DNA of 62,816 bases, filler included, from Octopus bimaculoides (GCF_001194135.2; 6 parts of 6 records of this genome joined end to end with filler, not necessarily neighbours in it), one strand, 5' to 3'; shown: positions 49,813 through 61,790, counted from the first letter of the whole stretch. Translations and numbers: made by a program. The notes: generated by a model not told the origin, from the sequence alone.

Positions 49813-50359
49813 GAATGAAGGAATCAGTCATTGAGATAAGTGCAGTTCTTGTGATTTGAATCTGGTGTTCGCTACAGTGATGTTTGTTGTTGTTGTTATA
49901 AACACACCAGTAATGACTTAGTTTGTTTTTTTTATTATGCGTATTTCTTTGTTTCTGTCAAAATATAATGGAATCGAAATCGCTTAGAAAATAAAACCTA
50001 CCAGCAGGTCTATCGATAACATGCACCAGGTAATCTGTGCATTTCATCTGCTTAATCCTTTAATTCCATACTCATCTTGATCTCTTGAACTTTATGCGCA
50101 GCTTACTAATATAGTTTTTTATATGTCTGAACATCAGAATTTGTTTTATAACACAAGTATTAATAATGTCGGGGTGTGACACGAGGCCACAGATTTTGTG
50201 TGAAGAACACTCGATTGTATTGACTTCAGTACTTGGCTGGTACTTCTTATTTTATCGACCTCATTTTCACTGGAACGGAAATGCAAAAAGACAGAGTCGT
50301 TAATAATACTTGACAATTTGTTCGACACTCTGCCATCTGCTCTTTATTTGATGGATTAT

Positions 50360-50577
50360 ATTGGTTTCAAATTTTGGCACAAGGCCAACAAGTTCGGAGA
50401 AAAGGGTTGTCAAATCGATCTTGTCGATCTGAGTGCTCAACCGGTACTTATTTTATCGATTCCGAAAAAGATGAAAGGCAAAGTCAGCGGAATTTGAACT
50501 CAGAACATAAAGACAAATGAAATCCTGCTAAGCATTTTTCTCGGCGTGTTAACGACTCTGCCAGCTCGCCGCTTTTA
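50360..50577 (-). mobile_element. SINE, family A
   Basis: ggtttcaaattttggcacaaggcc...ggtacttattttatcga...gactctgccagctcgccgc. Confidence 0.85.
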
Positions 50578-50824
50578 CCTAATGGATAATCTTACAAAGA
50601 TTCCATTGTTTTAATCGCACATATTTCGAGCCATAAGTGATATCTTGCAGAGAAAGGCTCTAACAAATTATTCGAAGCTTCTGGTCAAATTATGTACAGA
50701 ACCTTAAGTATGTGTTGTGTCCTTGAGCAAGAGACTTTATCTCATGTTTCTCGGTCCACTCACCTGGCAAAAATGAGTTACACCTGTATTTCAAAGGACC
50801 AGTCTTGTCACATTATATATATAT

Positions 50825-50965
50825 ATAAAGCACGATTTATTTGTGATCAGGGGCATTCATAAATTGAGGTACTACTGTATTAAATGAATATGAGAAAGAC
50901 AGGAGGAGATAAAGCACGGTTTATTCGTGATCAGAATTGTTCGAAAACCGAGATACTACTGTGCT
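50825..50965 (+). repeat. About 85-bp imperfect tandem duplication
   Basis: ataaagcacg.tttatt.gtgatcag and gag.tactactgt each occur twice at the same spacing. Confidence 0.7.
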
Positions 50966-51727
50966 TGGTAGTATGGTGGTGATGTCTGAGAAAGGTTTGC
51001 AGTTTAGAAAGAAAACGGAAATATCCTTCCAAAGAAGAAATGATCAGGAAATGAGTGCGATGGGGGCAGGGTGGTAGAAACACGGGGGTAGCAGACTAAA
51101 TACCTTCCAGTGTTTCGTTCTATCCGTTGTCGCTCTTTTTTCGGTTTTGATTGACTTCTTTCTTTATTCCTCTACTTCAGATGACAGAAATGACAATCAT
51201 ATCTCGGACTCACTTGAATCGATTCGACGTTTTATCCTCATATAATTAGTTTTGTCAAGAAATAATTAGCAGCAAAAGAAATATGGTTCCATCGCAGGTA
51301 AATGTCGAACTGTTTGTGCAGTAAATAATTTTGGGAGGCACCTAGAAGATGCAATCATTTCTGATCAAATATTTTCTAACATATACACGAATCGCACTGC
51401 AAAATCGGGACAACTGCGGCCCACCCGAGAAATGAGACCCGCGATGAGGGTGGCCACTGCAGCGAGTGTCACTGGCCATTCTCTGTCTTTGCATTATATT
51501 CGCGAGAAGCTGCTAAACACGCCACTTGTTCTGGGATGTACAACCCGATACCCTTCCACCATCTTCTACTATTAGTTTCCCATCTTTCTTTTTTTCTTTT
51601 TCTTTTTCTTTTTTCCTTGATGAGGTAGTTATGGATTTTTTTCTCGATAGTTCGGTCTTTTATATTTTAAATGTATTTTTTTTCTTTTCTTCCTGTAAAA
51701 ATATGACGTTAATAAAATTCAATTATA

Positions 51728-51752
51728 ATACGGATTCAGACTGAATCCGTAT
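51728..51752. repeat. Perfect palindrome ATACGGATTCAG-A-CTGAATCCGTAT
   Basis: 12-bp arms, 1-nt centre. Confidence 0.9.
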
Positions 51753-53066
51753 CACAATTTGATTGATTTATGAAATTATTTGTTAGCATAGTTGGGTCTT
51801 AATACAGTGGAAAAATATGAAATTCTCAGAATTCATTTCTGCATTATTTTCTAAAACTAAAGCTAAGTTTTAAAGAAATCATTATATTATTTTTATTTCA
51901 TCTACTAATCTGGTTTTCATTGGAAATTAATAAAAAGATCACTGCACTCCATTTAATATATTTAATATAAACAGATGTGGCACCGAGCTAAAGCGATAAG
52001 TCGCCTACTTTGACCCTACTAATTCATTGTTTCTGGGGAAAGTTTTACGCGAATGAAGCGTAGAGTCGATTATGAAAGTGAGCCCAGCATCGTACTGACA
52101 CTTGTTTTATCTACGCCAAAGGAAGTCGATCAAAATTTCATAAGAGCTGAAAGGAATGAAGCAATATACTGGCAGGTATTTATTTTAATGTTAATACTCT
52201 GGCATTTCTCTCACCAAACCACACTCGTTTGATAATGATTCCTTTTTTGGAGGAACGGTTCGTTTTCTTTTTCTTTTTTTCTGTAAGATGTCAGTGATGA
52301 TGCATATATTAATACGATAGTACATTCTTAACCATCCTTTGTATCTCGCTAAGAGAAGTAACTCGAATAGAGAAAGATGCACAGTGAGAGTGCCATAGAG
52401 GAAATGAGACAAAGGGAGAGGTAGAGGCAGAAAGAGAGGAATAGTCAGAGATAGAGTAGATGGATGTATAAAGACAGAGAGAGAGGGGGAAACAGAGATA
52501 GTGTTAACATCCACTAAATTTCTATGCTTTTACCAATCTTAGAAAGTAATTGTTAGAAATATTTTGAAATTAAACTGGATAATAGAGCATATTTCAACGA
52601 ATCGGTTTTAATTAGACACAAATATTTACAAGAAATAAGGAAAAAGAGAAGTTCAGTCAGTACACTGGCTTTTAAAATATTTTCCCTATTATTTCACTGG
52701 TTGTTCATTGTATTCCGATCTACACAAAATGATTATATATTCAACACATGCAAACGTGCGTGATTCCAAGTTGAATCTGTACAATTGTCCGAATGAATAT
52801 CAGCTAAATGTTTGATCTTTTGGCATCATAACCATTCACCTGTCTATTAACCACGCTATTATGTTTTACTTAACTAGGCACAACGGGTTTCTCTGTTTTA
52901 ATGGTTGGTGGTAATGCTAATGGCATTCAATGAGAAGTAGTGGCTTTAATCACTTAATGAAACACANNNNNNNNNNNNNNNNNNNNNNNNNNNNNNNNNN
53001 NNNNNNNNNNTTAATTAATTAANNNNNNNNNNNNNNNNNNNNNNNNNNNNNNNNNNNNNNNNNNNN

Positions 53067-53432
53067 ACACACAGATGCACACAGATGCACACATACATAC
53101 ACACACAGACGCACACATATGTACACACCCTCACACATACATACGGTTGCGCTCTCTCTCACACACACACATCACAAGGACGATTAAAACAACACATACA
53201 TACTCAGAAAAATAGATATACGCAGTCTCACGTACATACACCTAACATCCCCACCGACACAAAAAACACACATACACACGCGCTCACAAACGCACTCACG
53301 CACACACACGAACAAACACATATACACATACACACACACAACACCCTAACAAATATTAATCACACACATACACACTCACACAAACGTGCACACACATACA
53401 CACACCATCCTACCATAGATAAAAAACACACA
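53067..53432. repeat. Degenerate CA-rich tract
   Basis: Directly visible; source of the His/Thr-rich ORF. Confidence 0.9.
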
Positions 53433-54457
53433 NNNNNNNNNNNNNNNNNNNNNNNNNNNNNNNNNNNNNNNNNNNNNNNNNNNNNNNNNNNNNNNNNNNN
53501 NNNNNNNNNNNNNNNNNNNNNNNNNNNNNNNNNNNNNNNNNNNNNNNNNNNNNNNNNNNNNNNNNNNNNNNNNNNNNNNNNNNNNNNNNNNNNNNNNNNN
53601 NNNNNNNNNNNNNNNNNNNNNNNNNNNNNNNNNNNNNNNNNNNNNNNNNNNNNNNNNNNNNNNNNNNNNNNNNNNNNNNNNNNNNNNNNNNNNNNNNNNN
53701 NNNNNNNNNNNNNNNNNNNNNNNNNNNNNNNNNNNNNNNNNNNNNNNNNNNNNNNNNNNNNNNNNNNNNNNNNNNNNNNNNNNNNNNNNNNNNNNNNNNN
53801 NNNNNNNNNNNNNNNNNNNNNNNNNNNNNNNNNNNNNNNNNNNNNNNNNNNNNNNNNNNNNNNNNNNNNNNNNNNNNNNNNNNNNNNNNNNNNNNNNNNN
53901 NNNNNNNNNNNNNNNNNNNNNNNNNNNNNNNNNNNNNNNNNNNNNNNNNNNNNNNNNNNNNNNNNNNNNNNNNNNNNNNNNNNNNNNNNNNNNNNNNNNN
54001 NNNNNNNNNNNNNNNNNNNNNNNNNNNNNNNNNNNNNNNNNNNNNNNNNNNNNNNNNNNNNNNNNNNNNNNNNNNNNNNNNNNNNNNNNNNNNNNNNNNN
54101 NNNNNNNNNNNNNNNNNNNNNNNNNNNNNNNNNNNNNNNNNNNNNNNNNNNNNNNNNNNNNNNNNNNNNNNNNNNNNNNNNNNNNNNNNNNNNNNNNNNN
54201 NNNNNNNNNNNNNNNNNNNNNNNNNNNNNNNNNNNNNNNNNNNNNNNNNNNNNNNATGTAACACTACAAAGTTCATACAAAGCTTTATACTTTAAATATA
54301 TTTTATCATCAAAGAATGTATATATGCATTTTAATACTCAAACTGTTTTTTAACATTTTTTATTATTCTCAAAGACTTTTGATAATCTTTTTCTAAAATA
54401 GTGAAACCAGTTAAGTAAATAAATATTTTTAAAAAATAAGTGCATTTTCAAACCTTC

Positions 54458-54496
<39 letters not shown>

Positions 54497-54500
<4 letters not shown>

Positions 54501-56925
54501 GCTTCAAAGATTCCAAGAAGCAGACAAGTCTAGAAAAGGATATTGAAGCTTAAGGATCCTTTAAATGATCAGACATTTAGGGACACGCAAACTGAGAAAT
54601 TCAAGGAGGAGGTACTACAAACTTGTAAAATAGAGGGAATTCCTGTGGAACAGCTTACTGAGTGCAACAAACCAAATCTGTGGCTGGTGAAAATCCCAAC
54701 CAGATCTAAGTGGTGGAATGATGTAGATAAGGCCATTAGAGTGAAGAAACAGGCCCGGAAGGACTGGAAGAATGGTAGTAGAAGAGAACTATATCAGGTA
54801 ACTAGGAGGAAGGCTAGAAGACAGGTATACTTAGCCAGGGGAGAAGCAGAAAGGAGGAAGTTTACCTGTGTTCTATGGTATGAGGACCAGAGGCTTGTGG
54901 TGTTTGGTTTACAAGGGATGATGGTTCACATACAATTAGTGGTTCTGCTAAGAAGGAGGCCTGGAAGTGCCACGATGAAAAGTTGCTAAATGTAAAAATG
55001 CATGGGAGAAGGAGATCTTGCTCAATGTGGACTAAACAGAGGTGTTGGCTATCAGATTTGACTGTAGCTTAGTTGATAAAGCAATTGAAAATATGAAGAT
55101 AAGATAAGCCCCTGGCCCACCTGGAATCACCCCTGAGATGAATGTCAAAAGCATTTGGTGGAGCAAGATATGACCTATTCACCTGTATAGTTAATCTTGT
55201 TGTCCAGGAGGGTGCTGTACTGAATGATTAATGTAGCAGCATTATAGTCAACTGCCACAAGGGTAAAGGTGATACGTTAGACAGAAATAATTACTGAGGC
55301 ATCAAATTGCTGGACTAAGTAATGAACGTTACAGAGAGGATCATAGCTCAATTAATTAGGAAGACAGTTAGATGTAGGTAAGATACAGTTTGGATATGTG
55401 CCAGGCAAAAGCATCACTGATGCTATCTTCCTGATGAGGCAACTGGAGGAGAAGTACTTGGCCAAAACTAAACCTCTGTATCAGGCTTTTGTTGACATGG
55501 AAAAAGACTCTAACAGGGTCTCCCACTCCCTTATCAGGTGGGCAATGCAGAGGCTAGGGATTGATGAGTGGTAGATGAGAGCCATACAAACCATGTACAG
55601 GGATGCTGTCAGTAAGGTGAAAGTCACCAATGAGTGTAGCAAGAAATTTAGTGTACAAGTAGGAATCCACTAAGGATTGGTTCTTAAACCCCTCTTGTTT
55701 ATCATAGTCCTCCCAAACTACAACAGAAGAATTCAAGGTGGGCTACATTTGGGAGTTCCTCTAGGCTGATGACTTTGTTCTTATTACTGAATCCCTACCA
55801 GAACTAAAGAAGTTTCAGGTGTGGAAGCACAAACTGACATCAAAGGGCCTTAGGGTTAATTTAGCAAAGAGCAAAGCCCTAATAGGTAGGTAAACAGACA
55901 AATCCCAAATCCCTTCAAAGAGACGGCCCTCCTAGATATGTAGAAAAGATATAGGTAGAAACTCTATAAGGTGTACCAGGTGCACACTATGGATACAAGA
56001 GAGGTGCAGCAGTATCACAGGAAGTTTAACAGAGAAAATAGTTTTGGGTGTGGCAGATGTACATTTACAATAAACACTAGAAATGTACTGAAAATAGACT
56101 TCATCAAATACCTGTGGAGATACTTAAAAGTAGTTAATAGCTTCTGTTACCCAGGTGACCAAGTCAGCAATTAATGTGGATGTCCTGAAAGTGTAGATGT
56201 TAAAATAAAAATGGGCTAGACAAAGTTCAGAGAATTATTTTTTTTTGGTAATAAAGGGCCTCTCCTCTAGAATGAAGTACAGATTGTATGATGTCTGTGT
56301 GTGAATAGCCATGTTACATGGTAGTGAAACATAGTCCGTAACTTCAGAGGAGATGTGAAGACTTGAAAGAAATAAAGCTAGTATGCTTCACTGGATGAGC
56401 AATGTTAGTGTGCATGTATAACAGAATGTAAGTATCTTAAGAGAAAAATAGGATATAAGAGGCATCAGATGTAGTGTGCAAAAGTGAAGATTGCACAGGT
56501 ATGGTCATGTGATGTGGATGCAGACAGCTGCATAAAGAAGTACTGATCTCTAGCATTGGAGAAAAACCATGGAGGAGGTAGACCCAGGAAGAAGTGGGAT
56601 AAGGTTATGAAATATGGTCTTCAGATGCTAAGTCTCATGGAGGCGATGACAAGTGACCAGAACTTTTGGTGATTTGCTGTGCTTGAGAAGGCACGTCAAG
56701 CTAAGTAATATGTGAAAGGGACATGCCGGTGACATGTAAGAGGTACCTGTGCTTGTAGCACATAAAAGACACTCAGTACATTCAGTGGAGTGATTGGCAT
56801 TAGGAAGGACATCTATCTGTAGAAACAAGCCACAGCAGACTGAAGCTTGGTGCAGCTCTCCAAACAGCTCCAGTCAAACCATCTTACCCATGCTAGCATG
56901 AAAAACAGACACTAAATGATGATGA
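54497..56925 (+). mobile_element. Decayed RTE-clade LINE (RT and C-terminal region, 3' UTR, (GAT)n tail)
   Basis: KSRWWN-like WWND, KAPGPPGITPE, GIKLL, QFGYVPGKSITDAIFLMRQL, FVDMEK, PLLFIIV, *ADD (YADD, 55762-55773), GLRVNLAKSK, VVNSFCYPGD, YGHVM, GRPRKKWD. Confidence 0.9.
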
Positions 56926-57111
56926 TATGATGATAGTGTTTTCATGTCTAGCAATGTAGCAATGTAGCACAAGGAGTATTTTACTCCTATTTCTAGCAAC
57001 ATAGCAATGTAGTGGAAGAATGGCGACATAGACTGAACCTTGGCACCACAAATCTTTTCTCCCATCCTGAACTTAGTAGTGTGAGTCACTCCACACATTC
57101 TGATCATACTC

Positions 57112-57159
<48 letters not shown>

Positions 57160-57299
57160 NNNNNNNNNNNNNNNNNNNNNNNNNNNNNNNNNNNNNNNNN
57201 NNNNNNNNNNNNNNNNNNNNNNNNNNNNNNNNNNNNNNNNNNNNNNNNNNNNNNNNNNNNNNNNNNNNNNNNNNNNNNNNNTGTGTGTGCATGTGCGTG

Positions 57300-57336
<37 letters not shown>

Positions 57337-57982
57337 ACCTCTGTGTTTTTTTATCATTGACTGCTTGATTATATGTGCTTAAATACATATTTAGACAGAT
57401 CTGTAAGAGAACAAAGGTTATTTCAATAGCTGGGTGTTGATATAAACCAAGATAGGTGATTGGTCTTTATTTGAAATAGTTATGAATCATTAGAGTGGAA
57501 TGTAGAAAGATCTAAAAGAAAGTTAGATAAACCTGATTAAGATAAATTGTAACACATTGGTTGAATTGTTCTTTATTCTGTACCTAAACAGGATATGTTT
57601 TCTTATTTCACCAGCATACTCATGTCATCAAAAATGCTGACAGTTTCATTAATGATAGAAAATGGCTATTCAATACAATGAAAGCAACCATTGATAAATG
57701 TCAGAAACATAGTAAATATATATGTATACACACAGAATTGAAGCACTTGAAAAATCAGATACAGTTGTAACACCTTGGTGGAAAATATCGTCCAGACTTC
57801 CCCTCCCTTATCTGGTGAACAATGTGGAAAACTAAGGATAGATGAGTGGTTAGTGAGAGCTGGTGTTGGCTAATTCCACCTGTCATCATATATGTATTTA
57901 CCATAGAAATCTAAGGATAATTTAGCAGAATGCTAATGCATATACAAAAAATTAATATAAGCAGCTGGGTGTGCAAAATAAT

Positions 57983-58122
57983 GAAACCTCCCCATGACTG
58001 AATCAAGAATCTCTCAGACTAAACATCTCATTTTGGGTGACTATCACTGATGACGTGTACGGTAATATGTGAAACAAGACATCCAGTCTGAGAGGTTCTT
58101 GATTTGGTCATGGGGAGGTTTC
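57983..58122. repeat. 140-bp foldback with 38-bp arms (MITE-like or hairpin)
   Basis: gaaacctccccatgactgaatcaagaatctctcagact (57983-58020) versus agtctgagaggttcttgatttggtcatggggaggtttc (58085-58122); 35/38 complementary. Confidence 0.85.
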
Positions 58123-58449
58123 TTCCCTATCAGTATATGTGTATACATTTGTGCTCTTCTTACAGCACAAGGAGTATTTTACTCCTATTTCTAGCAATGT
58201 AGGTATCTCAGCACCCTTAGTCATATTTAGTATACATACATACATACACACACACACACATACATACATAATTACACACACATACATACATGCATGCATA
58301 CATACATACATACATACATACATACATACATACATACGTACATACATACATACATATTAGCTGCCTCTGAGGCATGATATAGTTGCAAAGATTACTTACA
58401 ATGCTATCTGCATAAAGGAATGTGCTGATGTATAAATCATAAGCATGTC

Positions 58450-58830
58450 AGAACCAGCAGGTATTCACACCTTTAAAAACAAGGAATACAGGTGAAGCAC
58501 CCCAATAAAAATATCCATTTGGTGGGACAGGGAAAAAAAGTCATGCACGTTATAGAGGTCGTCTGCCCAGCAAATGTGAATATGCAATCAAAAATGCAGG
58601 AAAAAGAGAACATTGATGGCAAATTAGCATGGAACTTACAGCTCTTATAGCCTGAATATGAATTCTCATTTCTACTTGTCATCACAGGTACATTAAGTTA
58701 TAAACCAACAAATTTGCTCAAAAACCTAGAAATAATCAGTTTCATGGAGAAAGACCAAAAGAAACTGACATGGATTTTCCAAATCCAATCTATTAGTGAA
58801 AATTTGTAAGACATTCTAAAAATTATCCTT
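58450..58830 (+). mobile_element. 3' fragment of a distinct RLE-type non-LTR retrotransposon
   Basis: VIEVVCPANVNMQSKMQEKENIDGKLAWNLQLL*PEYEFSFLLVITGTLSY..LLKNLE...ICKTF resembles PD-(D/E)xK RLE C-termini. Confidence 0.6.
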
Positions 58831-59189
58831 CTGAGATTCTTACATGAATAGATGCACACACTTGGGTATATGCATCAACAATTCAACCAATACAGCAACT
58901 CAACCACATATTTACAAACACTGGGAACTCTCATAACTCAAAAAGCCACGTTACTTTGTTAGTGACTGGTTTGAACTTCCTCAAGAATTTAAAATAAGCT
59001 CAAAGAAAAAGCATACATACATACATACATACATACGTATACACATACACACATACATACATACATGCATACATACATACATACATATACACATAATACA
59101 TACATGCATAAGGAGGTCTTTATTCGTCTTCCATCTACCAAATCTACTCGCTTTGGTCGGCCCTACAGTATAGTAGAAAGCTATAAATC

Positions 59190-59340
59190 ATCATCATCAT
59201 CATCATCACCATCGTTTAATATCTGCCTTCCATGCTGGTATGGGTTTGACAGGAGCTGGCCAAGCAGAAGACTGCACCAGATTTCCTTTGGCACAATTTT
59301 TACAGCAGGATGCTCTTCCTAAAACCAACCACCCAGCAGA
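59190..59340 (-). mobile_element. RTE-tail short element
   Basis: catcatcaccatcgtttaatatctgccttccatgctggtatgggtttgac...tttttacagcaggatgctcttcctaaaaccaaccac. Confidence 0.7.
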
Positions 59341-59417
59341 TAGCCAGCTAGATAAACACACACACACACACGTGCACACATATAAGTATATATATATATA
59401 TATATATATATACTTAT

Positions 59418-59679
59418 ATGCTTAATAAAGAGAATGAATGGGAGAAAGAGAGCCTGCCTTATGTCGACCCAATAGAGGGACCAGCTATCCGAGTTGATAG
59501 TACCAGGGTAGATAAAGCAATTAAGAGTATGAAGACCGGGAAAGCCCCCGGCCCATCAGGAATCACTGCAGAGATGCTCAAAATATCTGGCAGTGTTGGC
59601 TATAGCCTAGTCACCCGTATTACGAACCAGGTGATACACGAAGGAGTCATACCCTATGACTGGTGTAGCAGCATCATAG
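59418..59679 (+). mobile_element. Less-decayed RTE fragment (pre-RT region), open up to the assembly join
   Basis: NKENEWEKESLPYVDPIEGPAIRVD..VDKAIKSMKTGKAPGPSGITAEMLK...PYDW; homologous to about 54985-55250. Confidence 0.85.
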
Positions 59680-59779
59680 NNNNNNNNNNNNNNNNNNNNN
59701 NNNNNNNNNNNNNNNNNNNNNNNTTAATTAATTAANNNNNNNNNNNNNNNNNNNNNNNNNNNNNNNNNNNNNNNNNNNN

Positions 59780-59990
59780 GCAGAAACGTTAGCACGCTGG
59801 GCGAAATGCTTAGCGGAATTTGTGTGTCTTTACGTTCTGAGTTCAAATTCCGCCGAGGTCGACTTTACTTTCATTCCTTCGAGGCCGATAAATTAAGTAC
59901 CAATTGCGTACTGAGGTTGATCTAATCGACTGCCTACCCCGCCCACAAAAAAAAATACTTCGGGCTTTGTGCCTAGAGTAGAAAAGATTA
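59780..59990 (+). mobile_element. SINE, family A
   Basis: gcagaaacgttagcacgctgggcgaaatgc...ccgccgaggtcgac...gtgcctagagtagaaaagattatt. Confidence 0.85.
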
Positions 59991-60385
59991 TTTGTTTTGA
60001 CAGGAAGTGAGCGTGAGTGTGTATTTTATTGATGTTTATGTTGTGCAGATGTATTTTCAGATCTCACACTTTGACTTAATGCACTTGCAATTAAGCTACT
60101 ATTCAAAACTATAATGCCACATGTTTTTTAAAGTTGTTTATAAATTTAGCTCTGGATTTAAGGGGATTAAGTGGCATAATATATTGTAAATGGATATTTC
60201 GTGAATAGTTTGAAGTGTAAACCTTGCACCATTATTATCACAACTGATTTTCCAATTTTTCCCGAACATACCAACGCTTCAAAACTATAAAGCCATTAAT
60301 ACATTTTCATTTCTTTCCAGATTGGTTCGGAAAATATTCGACTCAGTCGTATTCTCTGTAATCCAGATTAGATTTGATTTCCAGT

Positions 60386-60660
60386 ATGCCTAAAGCTACG
60401 AAGTTTTCCGAAATTGAAAAAAGTTAAGATTCTTGCACTGAAAGTGTAAGGAATGAGTAACCGGAAGATTGCCGAAAAGATTCGGTGAAGCAGAACGCGA
60501 GTGGACAATTTTCTGAAAGATCCTGACGGCTACAACAGGGTTCATGCTGGTGGACATCTCAAGGCTACATCAGAAGGGGATGAAACGGCCATTGTCAGAG
60601 CTGTAAAGAAGTCACGTTGCTCTCCTGTAGAAACTGTAGGGACTAAATATAAGAATATTT
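60386..60660 (+). pseudogene. Tc1/Tc3-like transposase N-terminal HTH fragment
   Basis: MPKATKFSEIEK/VKILALKV*GMSNRKIAEKIR*SRTRVDNFLKDPDGY...GGHLKATSEGDETAIVRAVKK; one frameshift and two stops. Confidence 0.7.
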
Positions 60661-61146
60661 TCCGCTTCGGACAACAAGGGAACCTTTTTCATCAAACGAG
60701 AAAGCCTTCTTCTTCAACAACGAGATAGCATTCTTCATCAGACGACGTGGGTGGAGGTTTTCTCTGAAGACGAAGATGTGGAAAGCTTTTCGCTTCAGGC
60801 ATCGAAGGGCGGTATCTTTACTCTACAGACAACTAGAGGGCTCTTCAGACGGTGAGCGGGGGACCTTTACTCGATTCATTCTACCTGACACGAAATAGCA
60901 ACCAAATTTCTACTAAACAATACATCAAAGTTATATAACAAAAACACAATTCAATAACACAGTCGTAAATGCAACATGCTTCTATAAAAGACAGGACATT
61001 CACCTTTCACCAATATATCTGTTCCACCTGCTCTGACCTTGGCAATATAGCATGAAACGTGAACATTTTCATTTTGCACACAAACGCGCCCTCAATGCAC
61101 TTTTTTTATAAGTTTAATAATGACAAATAGAACGATCGAGTCGCGA

Positions 61147-61211
61147 TGATCCCGCGAGTAGTCATATGCTTGTCTCAAAGCTTAAGCCATGCAAGTGTAA
61201 GTTCATGCCGT
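61147..61211 (+). pseudogene. 18S rRNA 5'-end fragment
   Basis: TGATCCCGCGAGTAGTCATATGCTTGTCTCAAAGCTTAAGCCATGCAAGTGTAAGT versus the universal eukaryotic start TGATCCTGCCAGTAGTCATATGCTTGTCTCAAAGATTAAGCCATGCATGTCTAAGT. Confidence 0.85.
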
Positions 61212-61269
61212 AACAATAACAGCAACAAAAGAAAAAAAACATATAAATATATATATATATATATATACA

Positions 61270-61790
61270 CAGGATGTTCAAACAGTCTCTCTGCAGAGAG
61301 TACCAGGCAGTGGCTCTCATGGCTTCTGATCTTAATTGATTGGAAGTGTTATCATGTACATTGTTTTGTCTTGGTTTAACAGATAGGCTACAGCAAATAT
61401 TTTGCTCAAAACCACAGATTTGCTTGTCAGTTGTTTGACCATAACCAGTTGAGCATGTCCCTTGGTGGCTGACAAAATGTGAATCTCTGATCACGAGCAG
61501 AAGTAGTGGGAGAGCATCATAGCTATGTGTTGAGAGGAATTCTTTAAGGTTTGAATAATTCACCTCTGGAAACATGGGTATTTCGTTCAACATCCTTAAA
61601 CGATCCATATGGTTTTCGGGCAATTCTTGTACACTGATCCTTTACGTGTTCCCAAGAAAAAAATGCCTGGCGGTGTTATATCAGGTGATCTTGGTGGCCA
61701 AAGTCCCTTCGAAAAACTCTTGAAGTAGCGTCATGGTAATGCGCAAGATGAAAACAAAATTCACTGCGGAGAGACATTTTGAACACCCTG
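61270..61790 (-). mobile_element. Internally deleted Tc1/mariner element, probably with a nested repeat at about 61300-61610
   Basis: TIRs CAGGATGTTCAAACAGTCTCTCTGCAG and reverse complement CAGGGTGTTCAAAATGTCTCTCCGCAG, right end followed by TA; minus strand 61625-61705 reads WPPRSPDITP..FFLG/HVKD. Confidence 0.75.

Noticed and set aside
60700-60870. CTGATGA/CTGAAGA motifs on both strands
   Set aside because: None is followed by a paired helix II plus GAAA and helix III in the correct register
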